Source of the DNA: a bacterium | GTDB lineage: Bacteria > UBA10199 > 2-02-FULL-44-16 > JAAZCA01 | Length of the DNA: 64,000 bases | Assembly (NCBI GenBank): GCA_963674695.2 | Contig: CAXXGI010000003.1 | Coordinates: forward strand, 736,001-800,000 | Direction of reading: 5' to 3' | Shown: positions 42,476 through 52,847 of the stretch, one piece after another | How the letters are laid out: each line of letters opens with the position of its first letter | How positions within the stretch are numbered: position 1 is the stretch's first letter | Notes under the pieces: generated by a model | Databases searched by the model: none | The model's input: the letters and a program-made list of their open reading frames with translations, nothing else | What the model was told of the DNA's origin: nothing | Made by a program: the position numbers and the translations under genes

Positions 42476-44537
42476 AATAGCGTTCAAAATATTCCTTGAG
42501 CATACGACGTGTCGTGAACTCGGGCGAGAGCGAAACGATGGCCTGTTTCATCTGCTGGGTCCATCCCCGCGGCACATCATCAGCATCGCGTTCGGAATAG
42601 AGCGGCGCCACCTCTTTTTCCAGAAGCGTATAGATGCGCTCAGCCACATCCTTCTCCGAATCCTTGGCCCGCTCCTCGATCCCCCAGCCATGCGACGGCT
42701 CGCAGCCTTCGTCCCACCATCCATCGAGGACGCTCAGGTTGAGCACACCGTTGATGGCGGCCTTCTGCCCTGATGTTCCCGATGCCTCGAGCGGCTTGAT
42801 CGGGTTATTGAGCCAGACATCGACCCCCTGCACCAGATACGACGCGAGATCCATATCGTATCCTTCGACGAGATAAACCCGCCCCGCGAATGCCTTCTTC
42901 TGCGCAATCTCGTTGACGCGCGCGATAAACTTCTGCCCCTCGCGATCGGCCGGATGGCTCTTCCCCGCCATGATGATCTGGACGGGACAACGGGCATTCC
43001 CCAGGATACGCGCCAGGCGCTTCAGATCACGGAAGACGAGCGTCGCGCGCTTATATCCGGTGAAGCGTCGCGCAAAGCCGATGGTCAGCGCATTTGGATC
43101 GAGAAACCCATCCACCTGCTCGATCACCGCGCGCGGCGCGCCTTCGCGCATGAGCCATTGGCGCCGACGACGCCGCAGCTCATCGATGAGACGCTTTTTC
43201 AGCTGCGTATGAATCGACCAGAGCTTGGCATCGTCGATGCGGCTGGCATCCCAGCGAGCGCCATCGTCGAGATGCTCTTCGATGTCCGCGCCAAACGCCT
43301 CGCGATTGGCGGCACGAAGTTCACGGGCCACCCAGGTGGGATAGTGCACGCCGTTGGTCACGTATCCGATCGGCACGTCGTTCTGTTTTAATTTTGGATA
43401 GAGCTTCTTCCACATCTTCCGGGAGACCTCCCCATGCAGGCGGGAGACGCCATTGGCAGCGCCCGAAAGGGCCAGTGCCACGATGGAGAGACAAAATCCC
43501 GAGACCTCTTTCGGTCCGCCCGCGCCCAACTTCAAAAACGCCTCCGGCGTCATGCCGAGTGCATCGATGAGTTCGCGCAGATGCGTCGCGACGAGCTTGG
43601 GATCGAACGCCTCGTTCCCGGCCGGGACCGGCGTATGGGTCGTAAAGAGGATGTGGGGCTTGAGCGCAGCCATCGCCTTGGCGCAATCGATGCCTTCTGC
43701 CGCCATGGTCTGGCGCGCCCATTCGAGGGCGGCGAAGACGCAGTGCCCTTCATTGAGATGCAGGGCCCGCACATCATGCCCCAACTCCTGCAACAAGCGC
43801 CATCCGCCGACGCCGAGGAGCATCTCCTGTTCCAGGCGCATCGTCCGATCGGCACAATAGAGGCGCGCGGTGAGTCGCCGGTCGATTTCGTCATTTTCGG
43901 GAATGTCCGCATCGAGCAGATACATCTGCACATTGCCGACGAGCGCCTTCCACGCACAGGCCGAAATGGTGCGCCCTCCGACATCGACGGAGACGATCAG
44001 CGGCGATCCATCCGGACGCGCCACCCGCTCCAGCGGACGCTTGCTCGCGTTCATGTGGGGAAAATCGGCGACCTGCTCGCCGAAGGCATTGATGCGCTGC
44101 TGAAAATATCCTTCAGGATAATAGAGGCCGACCGCGACGAACGGCAGCCCCATGTCGGAGGCTTCTTTGACATGATCGCCGGCGAGCACGCCCAGCCCCC
44201 CGGAATAGATCGGAAGGCTCGTATCGACCCCAAACTCAGCGCAGAAATAGGCGATCTCGCCGGGGGCCTTGGAGGCGCGTTTGCCAAACCAGCGCGGGGC
44301 GCTCTTGTAGGACTCGAGCAGCCCAAAGGCCTTCTCGAGGCGGGCAGCCAGGGCAGGATCTGCCTGAACCCGCTTGGCCTCCTGCTCGGTCAAACCCTCG
44401 CGAAGGGCAACGCCGCCGGATCCATCGCCCTTGTCCAGCAGGGCATCGATATCCGCGAAGAGCGTGCGTCCATCCATCGGGAGCCAACACCAGACAAAAT
44501 TTGATCGGAGCTCATCGAATTGATCTCGAAATTCCAC
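42453..44537 (-). CDS. glgP: Alpha-glucan phosphorylase
   Basis: YSGGLGVLAGDH, HLNEGH, GFARRFTGYKR, EASGTSGQK (PLP Lys). Confidence 0.95.
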   Translation of the reverse strand: MEFRDQFDELRSNFVWCWLPMDGRTLFADIDALLDKGDGSGGVALREGLTEQEAKRVQADPALAARLEKAFGLLESYKSAPRWFGKRASKAPGEIAYFCAEFGVDTSLPIYSGGLGVLAGDHVKEASDMGLPFVAVGLYYPEGYFQQRINAFGEQVADFPHMNASKRPLERVARPDGSPLIVSVDVGGRTISACAWKALVGNVQMYLLDADIPENDEIDRRLTARLYCADRTMRLEQEMLLGVGGWRLLQELGHDVRALHLNEGHCVFAALEWARQTMAAEGIDCAKAMAALKPHILFTTHTPVPAGNEAFDPKLVATHLRELIDALGMTPEAFLKLGAGGPKEVSGFCLSIVALALSGAANGVSRLHGEVSRKMWKKLYPKLKQNDVPIGYVTNGVHYPTWVARELRAANREAFGADIEEHLDDGARWDASRIDDAKLWSIHTQLKKRLIDELRRRRRQWLMREGAPRAVIEQVDGFLDPNALTIGFARRFTGYKRATLVFRDLKRLARILGNARCPVQIIMAGKSHPADREGQKFIARVNEIAQKKAFAGRVYLVEGYDMDLASYLVQGVDVWLNNPIKPLEASGTSGQKAAINGVLNLSVLDGWWDEGCEPSHGWGIEERAKDSEKDVAERIYTLLEKEVAPLYSERDADDVPRGWTQQMKQAIVSLSPEFTTRRMLKEYFERYYEKALTS

Positions 44538-44657
44538 CGCGAATTCCCCTTATCCCCTTGAAATTAAAGGATTTTTTTAGTTCTTTCGGCAAAGTAGGCG
44601 ATGTATATCGGAAAGCGCGTGTGATATCAAGCACCTTGTCAGAATATCGCCGCAGGC

Positions 44658-46154
44658 TCAGTCGACGCGTCCGGTAGCCGCGCTCAACCGGCGCAAACGT
44701 CGTGCCAGTGAGGCTGTCATCAATCCTGATCGTACGCGCCAGGCCCAGTTCCCCTTCGCACTCCCGGGAAGATTCATGCGATCGGAGGCACCGAGCGAGA
44801 GGACATCCTGCATGGGGACGATCACCCGCTCGGCAACGGACTGCATGCCGAGATGGATGAGCGTCCAACTCACATCGCGTGACGTGACGGCGCGTCCACA
44901 ATAGCGGTCGAGTCGGCCACGTTCAGCGGCCTTGGCCTCTCGATCGAACCATCCGCGAACGGTGTTGGTATCGTGTGTCCCGGCATAGGCGACCGTCCGC
45001 GGAGAAAAAGCGTGCGGCGCATAGGGGTTGGTACGCGCATCCCCACCGAAGCCGAAGAGGATCGGCCGCATGCCGGGAAGATGAAGTCGTTCCATCGCAT
45101 CGCGCACATCGTCGGTGATCACACCCAGATCTTCAGCGATGAGATTGAGCTTCGGAAAACGTTTCTGCACGCGCGTGAAGAAATCGAGCGCAGGTGCCTT
45201 TACCCATCTTCCACGCAGGGCCGTCTTGTGCGTGGCGGGCACCGACCAGTAGCCGACAAACCCTCGAAAGTGATCGATGCGCAACACGTCGCAACAGGCC
45301 GCATTGCGCTCGATGCGCTGCATCCACCAACGGTAGTTGCGCGCGCGCATCACGTCCCACCGGTAGAGCGGATTGCCCCAGAGCTGACCGGTCTTGCTGA
45401 AATAATCCGGAGGCACGCCGGACACCGCACGCGGCCAGCCATCCTTTCGCAGTTGAAAGAGATCGCGATGACACCAGACATCGCTGCTATCGTGATTCAC
45501 ATAGATGGGCAGATCGCCAACGATCTGGATGCCACGCTTGGCACAGGCACGCCGCAGGTCCGTCCACTGGCGCTCGACCAGAAACTGGCAGAAGGCGTGA
45601 AAGTCGATCACATCCCGAAACTCCCGGCGCGCCTCGGTGAGCGCCTTCGGCTCACGATCGCGCAGGGGCTTGGGCCAATCCACCCAGGAACGCCCCTGAT
45701 GGAATTCACGCAGCGCCATAAAGAGGGCATAATCCTCCAACCACGCACGCTGTTTCCGACGATAGCGATCGAAGGAGACGCTGCGCGAACGGTTCTGAAA
45801 GGCCCGCTCGAGCAATGCGCGTTTCACCTTCACCGCACGCGCAAAATCGATGCGACTCTTCTCCGGAAGGCGACAGGCCGCCAGATCACGCCGGGTCAAG
45901 AGGCCTTCATCGACAAGACGCTCCGGACTGATGATGAGCGGATTGATGGCAAAGGCCGACGGCGAGCTATACGGAGAATTCCCCCAGGCCATCTCGGTGG
46001 GGGTGAGCGGCAGGATCTGCCAAAGATGCTGGCCGGCTTTTTGCATCCAATCGATAAAACGATAGGCCCCCGGCCCCAGGTCGCCGATGCCGAACGGCGA
46101 AGGGAGCGAGGTGACGTGCATAAGGATTCCGCTGGTGCGTTTGTTGTTCATCAT
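44658..46154 (-). CDS. malQ: 4-alpha-glucanotransferase (GH77)
   Basis: SGILMHVTSLP, WQILPL, GDLPIYV, RIDHFRG, AEDLG, GTHD. Confidence 0.96.
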   Translation of the reverse strand: MMNNKRTSGILMHVTSLPSPFGIGDLGPGAYRFIDWMQKAGQHLWQILPLTPTEMAWGNSPYSSPSAFAINPLIISPERLVDEGLLTRRDLAACRLPEKSRIDFARAVKVKRALLERAFQNRSRSVSFDRYRRKQRAWLEDYALFMALREFHQGRSWVDWPKPLRDREPKALTEARREFRDVIDFHAFCQFLVERQWTDLRRACAKRGIQIVGDLPIYVNHDSSDVWCHRDLFQLRKDGWPRAVSGVPPDYFSKTGQLWGNPLYRWDVMRARNYRWWMQRIERNAACCDVLRIDHFRGFVGYWSVPATHKTALRGRWVKAPALDFFTRVQKRFPKLNLIAEDLGVITDDVRDAMERLHLPGMRPILFGFGGDARTNPYAPHAFSPRTVAYAGTHDTNTVRGWFDREAKAAERGRLDRYCGRAVTSRDVSWTLIHLGMQSVAERVIVPMQDVLSLGASDRMNLPGSAKGNWAWRVRSGLMTASLARRLRRLSAATGRVD

Positions 46155-46238
46155 GAGCTGCCTCTTTCTTGTCTCATCGTCCGGTAGGGTGTCTTGAGGG
46201 GATCTCTTCTTTCATCGCGATCGAAGCCTCAAGACACC

Positions 46239-48149
46239 CTACCGGACGATGAGATCATGGGTCTTTGTTGCACACTCCGACACGACAAACACGCCCGTGG
46301 CATATGGGGCGATCTGCCATTTTGTCTTCGCCGATGTCCCCTGCTCGCCCGCGATGATCCGGCCATCGCGCACGGTAATCGCCTCGATACCTGCACCTCC
46401 GGGGATGTCGTTCAATATATTCTGATACGTCCCATCCGGAAGCGAGGTCGCGATCGCGTTGCGGATCGTGGCCTCGCGGCCCGAGGCATTTACAACAATG
46501 AGCACGCGCGCGTCATCGAAGGCGCGCTCGGCGATCACAACGCCCCAGTCGCGGCGGCGCCCATCTTTGCCGACGACGAGCGGCGCGTAGCTCCCTTTCC
46601 AGATCGCTGGGTTTGCACGACGCAGGCGCGCGAGTTTCGCAATCGTCGCGTACTCGGGGGTCGTGCGGGCCGCCTGCATGCGCTCCGCTCCCATGAAGGC
46701 GCGCGTCTTGTCGAGCCAGCCCGCATCGTGCATGTTCTCGAGGCGTCCGCCCTCGTCACCATAGAAGACGAGCGGCACGCGAGGACCGGTCATGAGCAGC
46801 GTGAGCAGCACACGTTTAAGCGGCGGGTTGCCGTCGGCCAAACGATCGAAATCGTGGCTGCCGATGAATCCGATCAGGATGGAGCGATCCTCATTCGGAG
46901 GCGCCCTCCACCAATCGGCGAGATCCCCGAACCCCTTGCGCTTCTTCACGCCATTAGCGACGGAAGCAAAGTGGCGATAGGTATTGTAGTCATAGTTCGT
47001 GAGCCGCCGTGCGTGAAAGGCCTTCGAAAAACCAACGGTTCGCTTCTCCTTCCAGCCGCGCATGCTCGGGTCATCGGCCTGCTCCGGATCGAAGACGTGG
47101 GGTGCAGTCGTGATGATCTCGGGGAGAAATCCCGTGTGATAGAGCCCATGTCCCGCCTCGAGCGCGTCCATCACCTGCAACGTGAACTGCGGCGGCACCA
47201 TGGTCGTCGCGTCGAAGCGAATCATGCGGATGGCACCGCCGGAGGCGCGCATCCAGTATTGGGCCGCGCGAATGATATAGGCGCCAATCGATCGCTGATC
47301 GCGGTTCCAGTTCGTGTCGGCCAGGTTGAAGTCGGCCAGACCGCTGGGCTGAGAGATCCCATCCACCACACAGGGCGGCGGCGGCCAGCTCTTGCCGTCG
47401 TTAGCGGGAAAGACCACGCGATGTCCATCGATGCCCTCCACCGTCTCACCTGTACTCGTATACCCCACGCCCCAGAGGGCATCGGGCTGGTCGTTTTCAA
47501 AGCTATAGAACCCCTTTGTCGGTGCCGTGAAGTTCCTGCCCCCACGCGGTTCGTCGAGCATCGCAAAGCGCATGCGCCCGCGCTCGAGCACGCGACCCAG
47601 CCCCGCTGGATTACAGCGCGCGCTCGAATGATTGTAGACCAGGTCCATGATCAGGCCGATGTTCTGGCGTTTGAGCAAGCGACTGGCGCGCCAGAAATCG
47701 GCCATCGTTCCGAAGCGCGGATCGAGGCGAAACCAGTCTTCGGGATGATAGCCGTGATAGGCCGATGCCGGAAAGATGTCCGGATCGTAATAGGTGTTCT
47801 GTTGGAAGGGGGTCAGGTGCAGCGCCCCGATGCCGAGATCGCGTAGAAAGTCCTCGTCGAGCGCGTCGGCGATCCCTTTGAAATCACCGCCCCAGAAGCG
47901 ATAGGGATCGGTGTGTGCGGGATCGTGCTCACTCTTCGACGATGAAGAGGATACGTACCGTCGTCGCGTCTCATCATAGATGCGATCATAGGGGGTGGTG
48001 CGACCATCGCGAAAGCGATCGACCATGACCGAATAGATCGTGCGACGACGAATGTCGTCCGGCGCGCGCGTGGCGGCAACACTTGCGCCTGAAACAGAGA
48101 GAACCACCAGCAAAGTGATCAGCGCCGCCCCCCTCTTCCTCCAACCCAT
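46239..48149 (-). CDS. Secreted GH13 alpha-amylase/CGTase-like enzyme
   Basis: Signal peptide, DRFRDG, GGDFKGI, YHGY, DLVYNH, RFDA, PEI, SHD catalytic residues. Confidence 0.88.
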   Translation of the reverse strand: MGWRKRGAALITLLVVLSVSGASVAATRAPDDIRRRTIYSVMVDRFRDGRTTPYDRIYDETRRRYVSSSSSKSEHDPAHTDPYRFWGGDFKGIADALDEDFLRDLGIGALHLTPFQQNTYYDPDIFPASAYHGYHPEDWFRLDPRFGTMADFWRASRLLKRQNIGLIMDLVYNHSSARCNPAGLGRVLERGRMRFAMLDEPRGGRNFTAPTKGFYSFENDQPDALWGVGYTSTGETVEGIDGHRVVFPANDGKSWPPPPCVVDGISQPSGLADFNLADTNWNRDQRSIGAYIIRAAQYWMRASGGAIRMIRFDATTMVPPQFTLQVMDALEAGHGLYHTGFLPEIITTAPHVFDPEQADDPSMRGWKEKRTVGFSKAFHARRLTNYDYNTYRHFASVANGVKKRKGFGDLADWWRAPPNEDRSILIGFIGSHDFDRLADGNPPLKRVLLTLLMTGPRVPLVFYGDEGGRLENMHDAGWLDKTRAFMGAERMQAARTTPEYATIAKLARLRRANPAIWKGSYAPLVVGKDGRRRDWGVVIAERAFDDARVLIVVNASGREATIRNAIATSLPDGTYQNILNDIPGGAGIEAITVRDGRIIAGEQGTSAKTKWQIAPYATGVFVVSECATKTHDLIVR

Positions 48150-48190
48150 CGTTCCTCCTCTGTTGCATCACGCGGGAATGACACGCGCAT

Positions 48191-48227
48191 AAAAAAACCG
48201 CTGATCCGATAGGCATCGAATCAGCGG
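48191..48227 (-). terminator. Intrinsic terminator after glgA-like gene
   Basis: Minus strand CCGCTGAT..loop..ATCAGCGG-TTTTTTT. Confidence 0.75.
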
Positions 48228-48254
48228 CTCTCTTCTCTATTTTTTGCTCTGCCG

Positions 48255-49979
48255 TCAACGAGGAATCTCTATCGCCGAACTGGCCAACAGGCGTTCGTAG
48301 TTCTTCAAATAGTCCCGCGCGCTGCGATCCCAGCTCATGTCCTTGGTCATCATATTGTGCATGATCCGCGCCCGGTGCTGGGGATCCTTCCAGACCCTGA
48401 GGCCCGAAGCGATGGCCGCCAGCAAACCCGCCGGCTTCATCTCCGGCATCAGGAACCCACGCCCTTTTCCCGTGCGGCGACTGAAGGGACTGACGGTATC
48501 GACATGCCCCCCGCGTGCAGAGACGATCGGGATCGCCCCGTACTTCAGCGCATAGAGCACGGTGATCTCGCAGGGCGCCCACCGGGCGGGATTGGCAAAG
48601 AGATCCGCACCAGCGAAGAGCTCGTGCCGCCGCGTCGTATCGAAGGTGATTGCCGGATTCGTTTCGACACCCACCATACCGCGGCCTTTCTTCACCCACT
48701 TGGCCACCATGTCTTTATGGTCCTCATCCGGCGCACCCAGGGTGATGACGGCGATATTGCGTCGAACGATCTCGGGCAGCGCCGCGTCGATCAGGTCGAT
48801 CCCCTTCTGTTCGGTCAGCCTCGCATGGACGGCGAGGATCGGCGTGTCCGCCCCGATCTTCAATCCGTACCGCTCGATGAGCATCCGGCGACACTCGGAT
48901 TTTCCCGCCATATCCGCTGCCGAATAGTTCCGGGCGATGAAGGGATCAGTCGAGGGATCCCACTCGGCACCCAATCCGTTGACGACACCGGAGAGACGTC
49001 CCTTATTGTTGAGTCGCTCATACTCCGCTTCGAGTCCATTACCAAACTGAGCGGTCAGCAACTCCTTGGCATAATGAAGGCTCACGGCCGAGGCATAGTC
49101 CGTATGATGCACGCCCGCCCGCAGATAGTTCGCATTGCCGTGATTATCGAGAAAGCTGGTGACATCGATACGGTCTCCATCCAGATGGAGCTGTTTGATG
49201 ATGTGCGCCGGGTGGATACCCTGGTAGGCCGCGTTGTGAACGGAGAGATACGTCCGCGCGCCCTCGAAGACCCCCCACCCCTTCTTGACGACCGGAACGA
49301 GCCCGCCGGTCCAGTCGTGGGCATGGATGATGTGTGGGTTCATGCCCAAGGCCCCCATCGTGGTGAGCGCAGCGGCCGCCAGGAAGGCGAACCGCTCGCC
49401 GGCGGCATAGTGGTTGTCCCATCCCGTGTCTTGCGGTTTCGGCTTCACCATTCTCCGGAACATCGCACGAATGCCCTTTGCCGAAGGCGGCGTCATGGGC
49501 GTGTCATAAACGCTGTAGATATCCTTGCCCTTGAAATAGCGATCCGCCTCGATGAAGATCGTCCGAACATCGGGGCCGTTTTCAACAGGAAGGATCTTTT
49601 CCCAAAGCTGGGCCTCGACCGTTCCCCCATCGAAACCAAAGGGAACTGTAACGGTCTCGTCCATCTGCCGAAGACCATGTTTTTCAACGTCGATCTCGCC
49701 GCTTTCCGCTTTATAGAGCGGCATGATCACCGTATTCTTCACACCGCCGACACGAGCCAGCGCCGGAGGAAGATTGCACGCCACATCTCCAAGTCCGCCG
49801 CGAAAGACGAAGGGATCCATCTCCGGAACAACATGCACGACCTCGAGCGGATCGGCGCCGTACTCGACGCCCCCACCATCCAGGGCCCCCATGCCACCGC
49901 CGCCATCGAGACCGCCTGGGGTTCCACCAGGACTCAAAAACATCCCTGGACCTGCACCTGTTCCGAGGATTCCACTCAT
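48255..49979 (-). CDS. glgA: Glycogen synthase-like GT5 protein with altered catalytic motifs
   Basis: GGLGDV, HAHDW, HNAAYQG, VNG, RLTEQKG, GGHVDTV; KTGGL is FRGGL and FEPCGL is WAPCEI. Confidence 0.85.
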   Translation of the reverse strand: MSGILGTGAGPGMFLSPGGTPGGLDGGGGMGALDGGGVEYGADPLEVVHVVPEMDPFVFRGGLGDVACNLPPALARVGGVKNTVIMPLYKAESGEIDVEKHGLRQMDETVTVPFGFDGGTVEAQLWEKILPVENGPDVRTIFIEADRYFKGKDIYSVYDTPMTPPSAKGIRAMFRRMVKPKPQDTGWDNHYAAGERFAFLAAAALTTMGALGMNPHIIHAHDWTGGLVPVVKKGWGVFEGARTYLSVHNAAYQGIHPAHIIKQLHLDGDRIDVTSFLDNHGNANYLRAGVHHTDYASAVSLHYAKELLTAQFGNGLEAEYERLNNKGRLSGVVNGLGAEWDPSTDPFIARNYSAADMAGKSECRRMLIERYGLKIGADTPILAVHARLTEQKGIDLIDAALPEIVRRNIAVITLGAPDEDHKDMVAKWVKKGRGMVGVETNPAITFDTTRRHELFAGADLFANPARWAPCEITVLYALKYGAIPIVSARGGHVDTVSPFSRRTGKGRGFLMPEMKPAGLLAAIASGLRVWKDPQHRARIMHNMMTKDMSWDRSARDYLKNYERLLASSAIEIPR

Positions 49980-50099
49980 AATGCGTCTCCCTTCGTGTCG
50001 TTTGAGATCCCGGTATTCCAGGATCTCCCGTCGCCGTCAATAGATTCGCCCGACCATCGTGCTCAATGCAGCAACAGATGTTTTCACTGCTCGCCCCCT

Positions 50100-50127
50100 G
50101 TTTCGGCGATCTGCAAAATTAGTTGCG
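50100..50127 (-). promoter_or_regulatory. Sigma-28-like promoter motif M4
   Basis: Minus strand CGCAAC-taattttgcagatcg-CCGAAAC upstream of glgA-like gene. Confidence 0.58.
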
Positions 50128-50164
50128 TGAAAAATTATGCAGATAGACTTGTCTCTTGAATAAT

Positions 50165-50191
50165 CGAGATTCCCGCCTTCGCGGGAATGAC
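50165..50191. repeat. Single arm of REP-like palindrome
   Basis: cgagattcccgccttcgcgggaatgac. Confidence 0.88.
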
Positions 50192-50310
50192 AAAAACCAG
50201 CAAAGCCAGCATTTCACGACAGGTTCTCTGTATCGAGCAAAGACGCCATCCTATTGATAGTATTGCACTATTTTACCCCCCCTTGAACAGCTTATGCCTT
50301 GAAAATACCG

Positions 50311-50338
50311 CGAAACATTTTCCCCATCCTGCCGATAG
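50311..50338 (+). promoter_or_regulatory. Sigma-28-like promoter motif M5
   Basis: CGAAAC-attttccccatcctg-CCGATAG upstream of ATG 50363. Confidence 0.58.
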
Positions 50339-50362
50339 TCTTAATAGGAGGCCTCCATCTCC

Positions 50363-52834
50363 ATGGGCGAGAGTGCGCAGACATGCCGTTGGGCGGATTC
50401 GAATCGCGTCGTTTCGATGGTTGAATCGCTGCACGCGGAGCTCGTCTGCGTCAACCGTCTCATCCGCGATCCAAGCGGGATCGAAGCCGACTCGCGCGCG
50501 GAGGAACTCGAAGGCTTGCGTCAGCGTTCCGAAGAATTGCGCGATGCTTTAGACGACCTCGACTTTCACTCCCTCACGACCGCCGACCTTCCCACATCGA
50601 GTTCCGTCTGGTCCGATTCGCTGGGCAGTTACATTCGCCTCATTCAACAGTTCACGACCGATGAACAATCACCGAACGCAATCGATTCCGAGGAGATGCA
50701 GATCCTCTCGAATGCCGCCGCACGCTCATCGGATTTTGGCGTCCGCTTCCTCTTCTTCTCGATGATCGTGGAGGATCGAGACCAGAACCCAGGCACATTC
50801 GTCACGCGTTACGGTGGCAACACAAGTTTCATTGACGACTACGAAGCCAGCGCCATCGGCGGCGTGAACCTCTGCCTCAACCTTCAGGACAAACCGCTCA
50901 TGCTCCCCTGCATCGAACGAGGGATATGGGATCACAACTATGCGATCGATGAAAACGCGCTCGTCTCCGTTGCGCCCTCAGTCTTCCCGACGATCGCGCC
51001 AGAGCTCAAAAAAGCATTTTCAACAAAAGCGATCGAACAGCTTCGAGCCCCCTCCGACCCGGTCGCCATCATAAAAACGATGCGCGAGCAGATCACCAAT
51101 ACGACGATCTTCTCCCTGCTCACCTACACGCTCTTCGAGAAGCTTCGTACGCCCGCGGCGGCCACCGTCTTTCAAACCACGCTCGCAAACATCGTCTCGC
51201 TCGAACCGGCCTTGGATCGCAAGACCAAGCAGATCTACGGCACGATCATCGACAAGGCAGCGCGTTCCTGGTTTCCGAAACAGGCCGAGGACTTCGCCGC
51301 GAAGACGCTCGCGCATCTGACCCATCGCCAGCATATCCCTGCTGGCTCCGTCGTCGGAGCAGATGGAAACACCAACCGCGCCGCATCGACGATGACGAGC
51401 TTTCACCCGGAGATCGCCGCGGATCTGCTCAAGGGGATGCAAAAAGAGATTCGCGCCACACTTCAAGTGATCGAATCGGTGGGCGACTTCATGGCCGCGC
51501 ACGTCGCACAACCACAGCAGTGCATCGAAGGACCACGCTCACCCTGGGAGAAAACGCCGGCCAATCTCGTACTGATCGATGCCTGGCGCACAAGTTTTTC
51601 CGACGACCTGAGCGAGTTGACCGGGCTGTCCGATGCCGACGGATCGATCGAACACTTCCTCGATATGCCAATCGATTTGACTGACGCCGAGGGCTACACT
51701 TTTCTCTCAAAAGTACTCACCAAGACCGAAATCTCCTGGAATGACGCGATGATCACCTACAGCGAGCGCCGCGATACGCTCTCGCGCCTCTTCTTCGACC
51801 GCAACCGCGATGTGGATGAGGCCTTCGCTGCCGCGCGGGCGGATCAGGATGTGCAGTACCTCTCCGGTGGCGCGGGAGCATTGGCGGGACTGCGTGCACA
51901 GACGATGCTCGGCCAGATGGGTTCGGCGATCGTTCCCTTCTTCATCGCCTCGATGGCCGGCGGCTATTGGAACAAGACCTCGCAGGCGATCGAGAGTCAG
52001 GAACAGGATCTGCCCATTCCGGTTCCACGCCCTCGCTCGGGGTTTCCGAAATCAGCCGAGGGCATGGGTGAGACGGGGGCGCTCGAACGCTATCAGATCG
52101 AAGCCCAGGAATGGAACCGGTTCATCCAGGCACTTCCGAATGAGGAGCAATTCGCCTTCCAGGTCGATGAACCGGTCCGAATCGATTGCACGTCGGATGC
52201 CGATCTCTGTTCGTTGGAGACGGGTTTCGCCGGAATGCCGATCGCCGCAGCGGTCGATCGGAAGGCGATCGGGGATGCGCTGCGCGGCATCAAGGATCGC
52301 ATCGGAACGCATCTGCCCAAGGCCCGCCGACTCATCCCGGGACAATGCGAAGTCTTCGGACTCTCGGCTGCCGTCTTCGATCTGGCAGCATGGCGACGAT
52401 TTCAGTTCAGCGCCGAAACCAGCGTGCGCCCGTTCGTGACGGGCATCGATGCGGATGGGGAATTCATTCGACAGACACCCGTTCAGATCGGCGGACATCT
52501 CTGGCCCGCACTCGGCGCACTGGCCGTCGCCGCGGGTTACGGTGTCTGCCGCACCTACGCCATCCGTCATGGAGGAAAGAAGGATCCGCCCAAGGAACCG
52601 AAGACCGCTGATCGCGCTCCCAAACCAGTCGTCGATGCAAAGAAGCTCGTCGAACCGGCTGCCTACACGATAGCGACGCTCTTTGCCGCCTACATGGCCA
52701 AACGCGCCGCCGCCGCTGCGGCGATTGCCATGGCCGACGGGCCGGAACCGTTCGTCGCCGATGCACTGGCCGGCGGATTCCTCATCGGCTCCGTCCTCAC
52801 CTTTCCGTTCTATTATAATGAAGGGATTGAATAG
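50363..52834 (+). CDS. Large hypothetical protein with C-terminal hydrophobic helices
   Basis: AGGAGG RBS, 823 aa, no signal peptide, several Gly/Ala-rich hydrophobic segments. Confidence 0.8.
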   Translation: MGESAQTCRWADSNRVVSMVESLHAELVCVNRLIRDPSGIEADSRAEELEGLRQRSEELRDALDDLDFHSLTTADLPTSSSVWSDSLGSYIRLIQQFTTDEQSPNAIDSEEMQILSNAAARSSDFGVRFLFFSMIVEDRDQNPGTFVTRYGGNTSFIDDYEASAIGGVNLCLNLQDKPLMLPCIERGIWDHNYAIDENALVSVAPSVFPTIAPELKKAFSTKAIEQLRAPSDPVAIIKTMREQITNTTIFSLLTYTLFEKLRTPAAATVFQTTLANIVSLEPALDRKTKQIYGTIIDKAARSWFPKQAEDFAAKTLAHLTHRQHIPAGSVVGADGNTNRAASTMTSFHPEIAADLLKGMQKEIRATLQVIESVGDFMAAHVAQPQQCIEGPRSPWEKTPANLVLIDAWRTSFSDDLSELTGLSDADGSIEHFLDMPIDLTDAEGYTFLSKVLTKTEISWNDAMITYSERRDTLSRLFFDRNRDVDEAFAAARADQDVQYLSGGAGALAGLRAQTMLGQMGSAIVPFFIASMAGGYWNKTSQAIESQEQDLPIPVPRPRSGFPKSAEGMGETGALERYQIEAQEWNRFIQALPNEEQFAFQVDEPVRIDCTSDADLCSLETGFAGMPIAAAVDRKAIGDALRGIKDRIGTHLPKARRLIPGQCEVFGLSAAVFDLAAWRRFQFSAETSVRPFVTGIDADGEFIRQTPVQIGGHLWPALGALAVAAGYGVCRTYAIRHGGKKDPPKEPKTADRAPKPVVDAKKLVEPAAYTIATLFAAYMAKRAAAAAAIAMADGPEPFVADALAGGFLIGSVLTFPFYYNEGIE

Positions 52835-52847
52835 GTTTCTGCACGCT

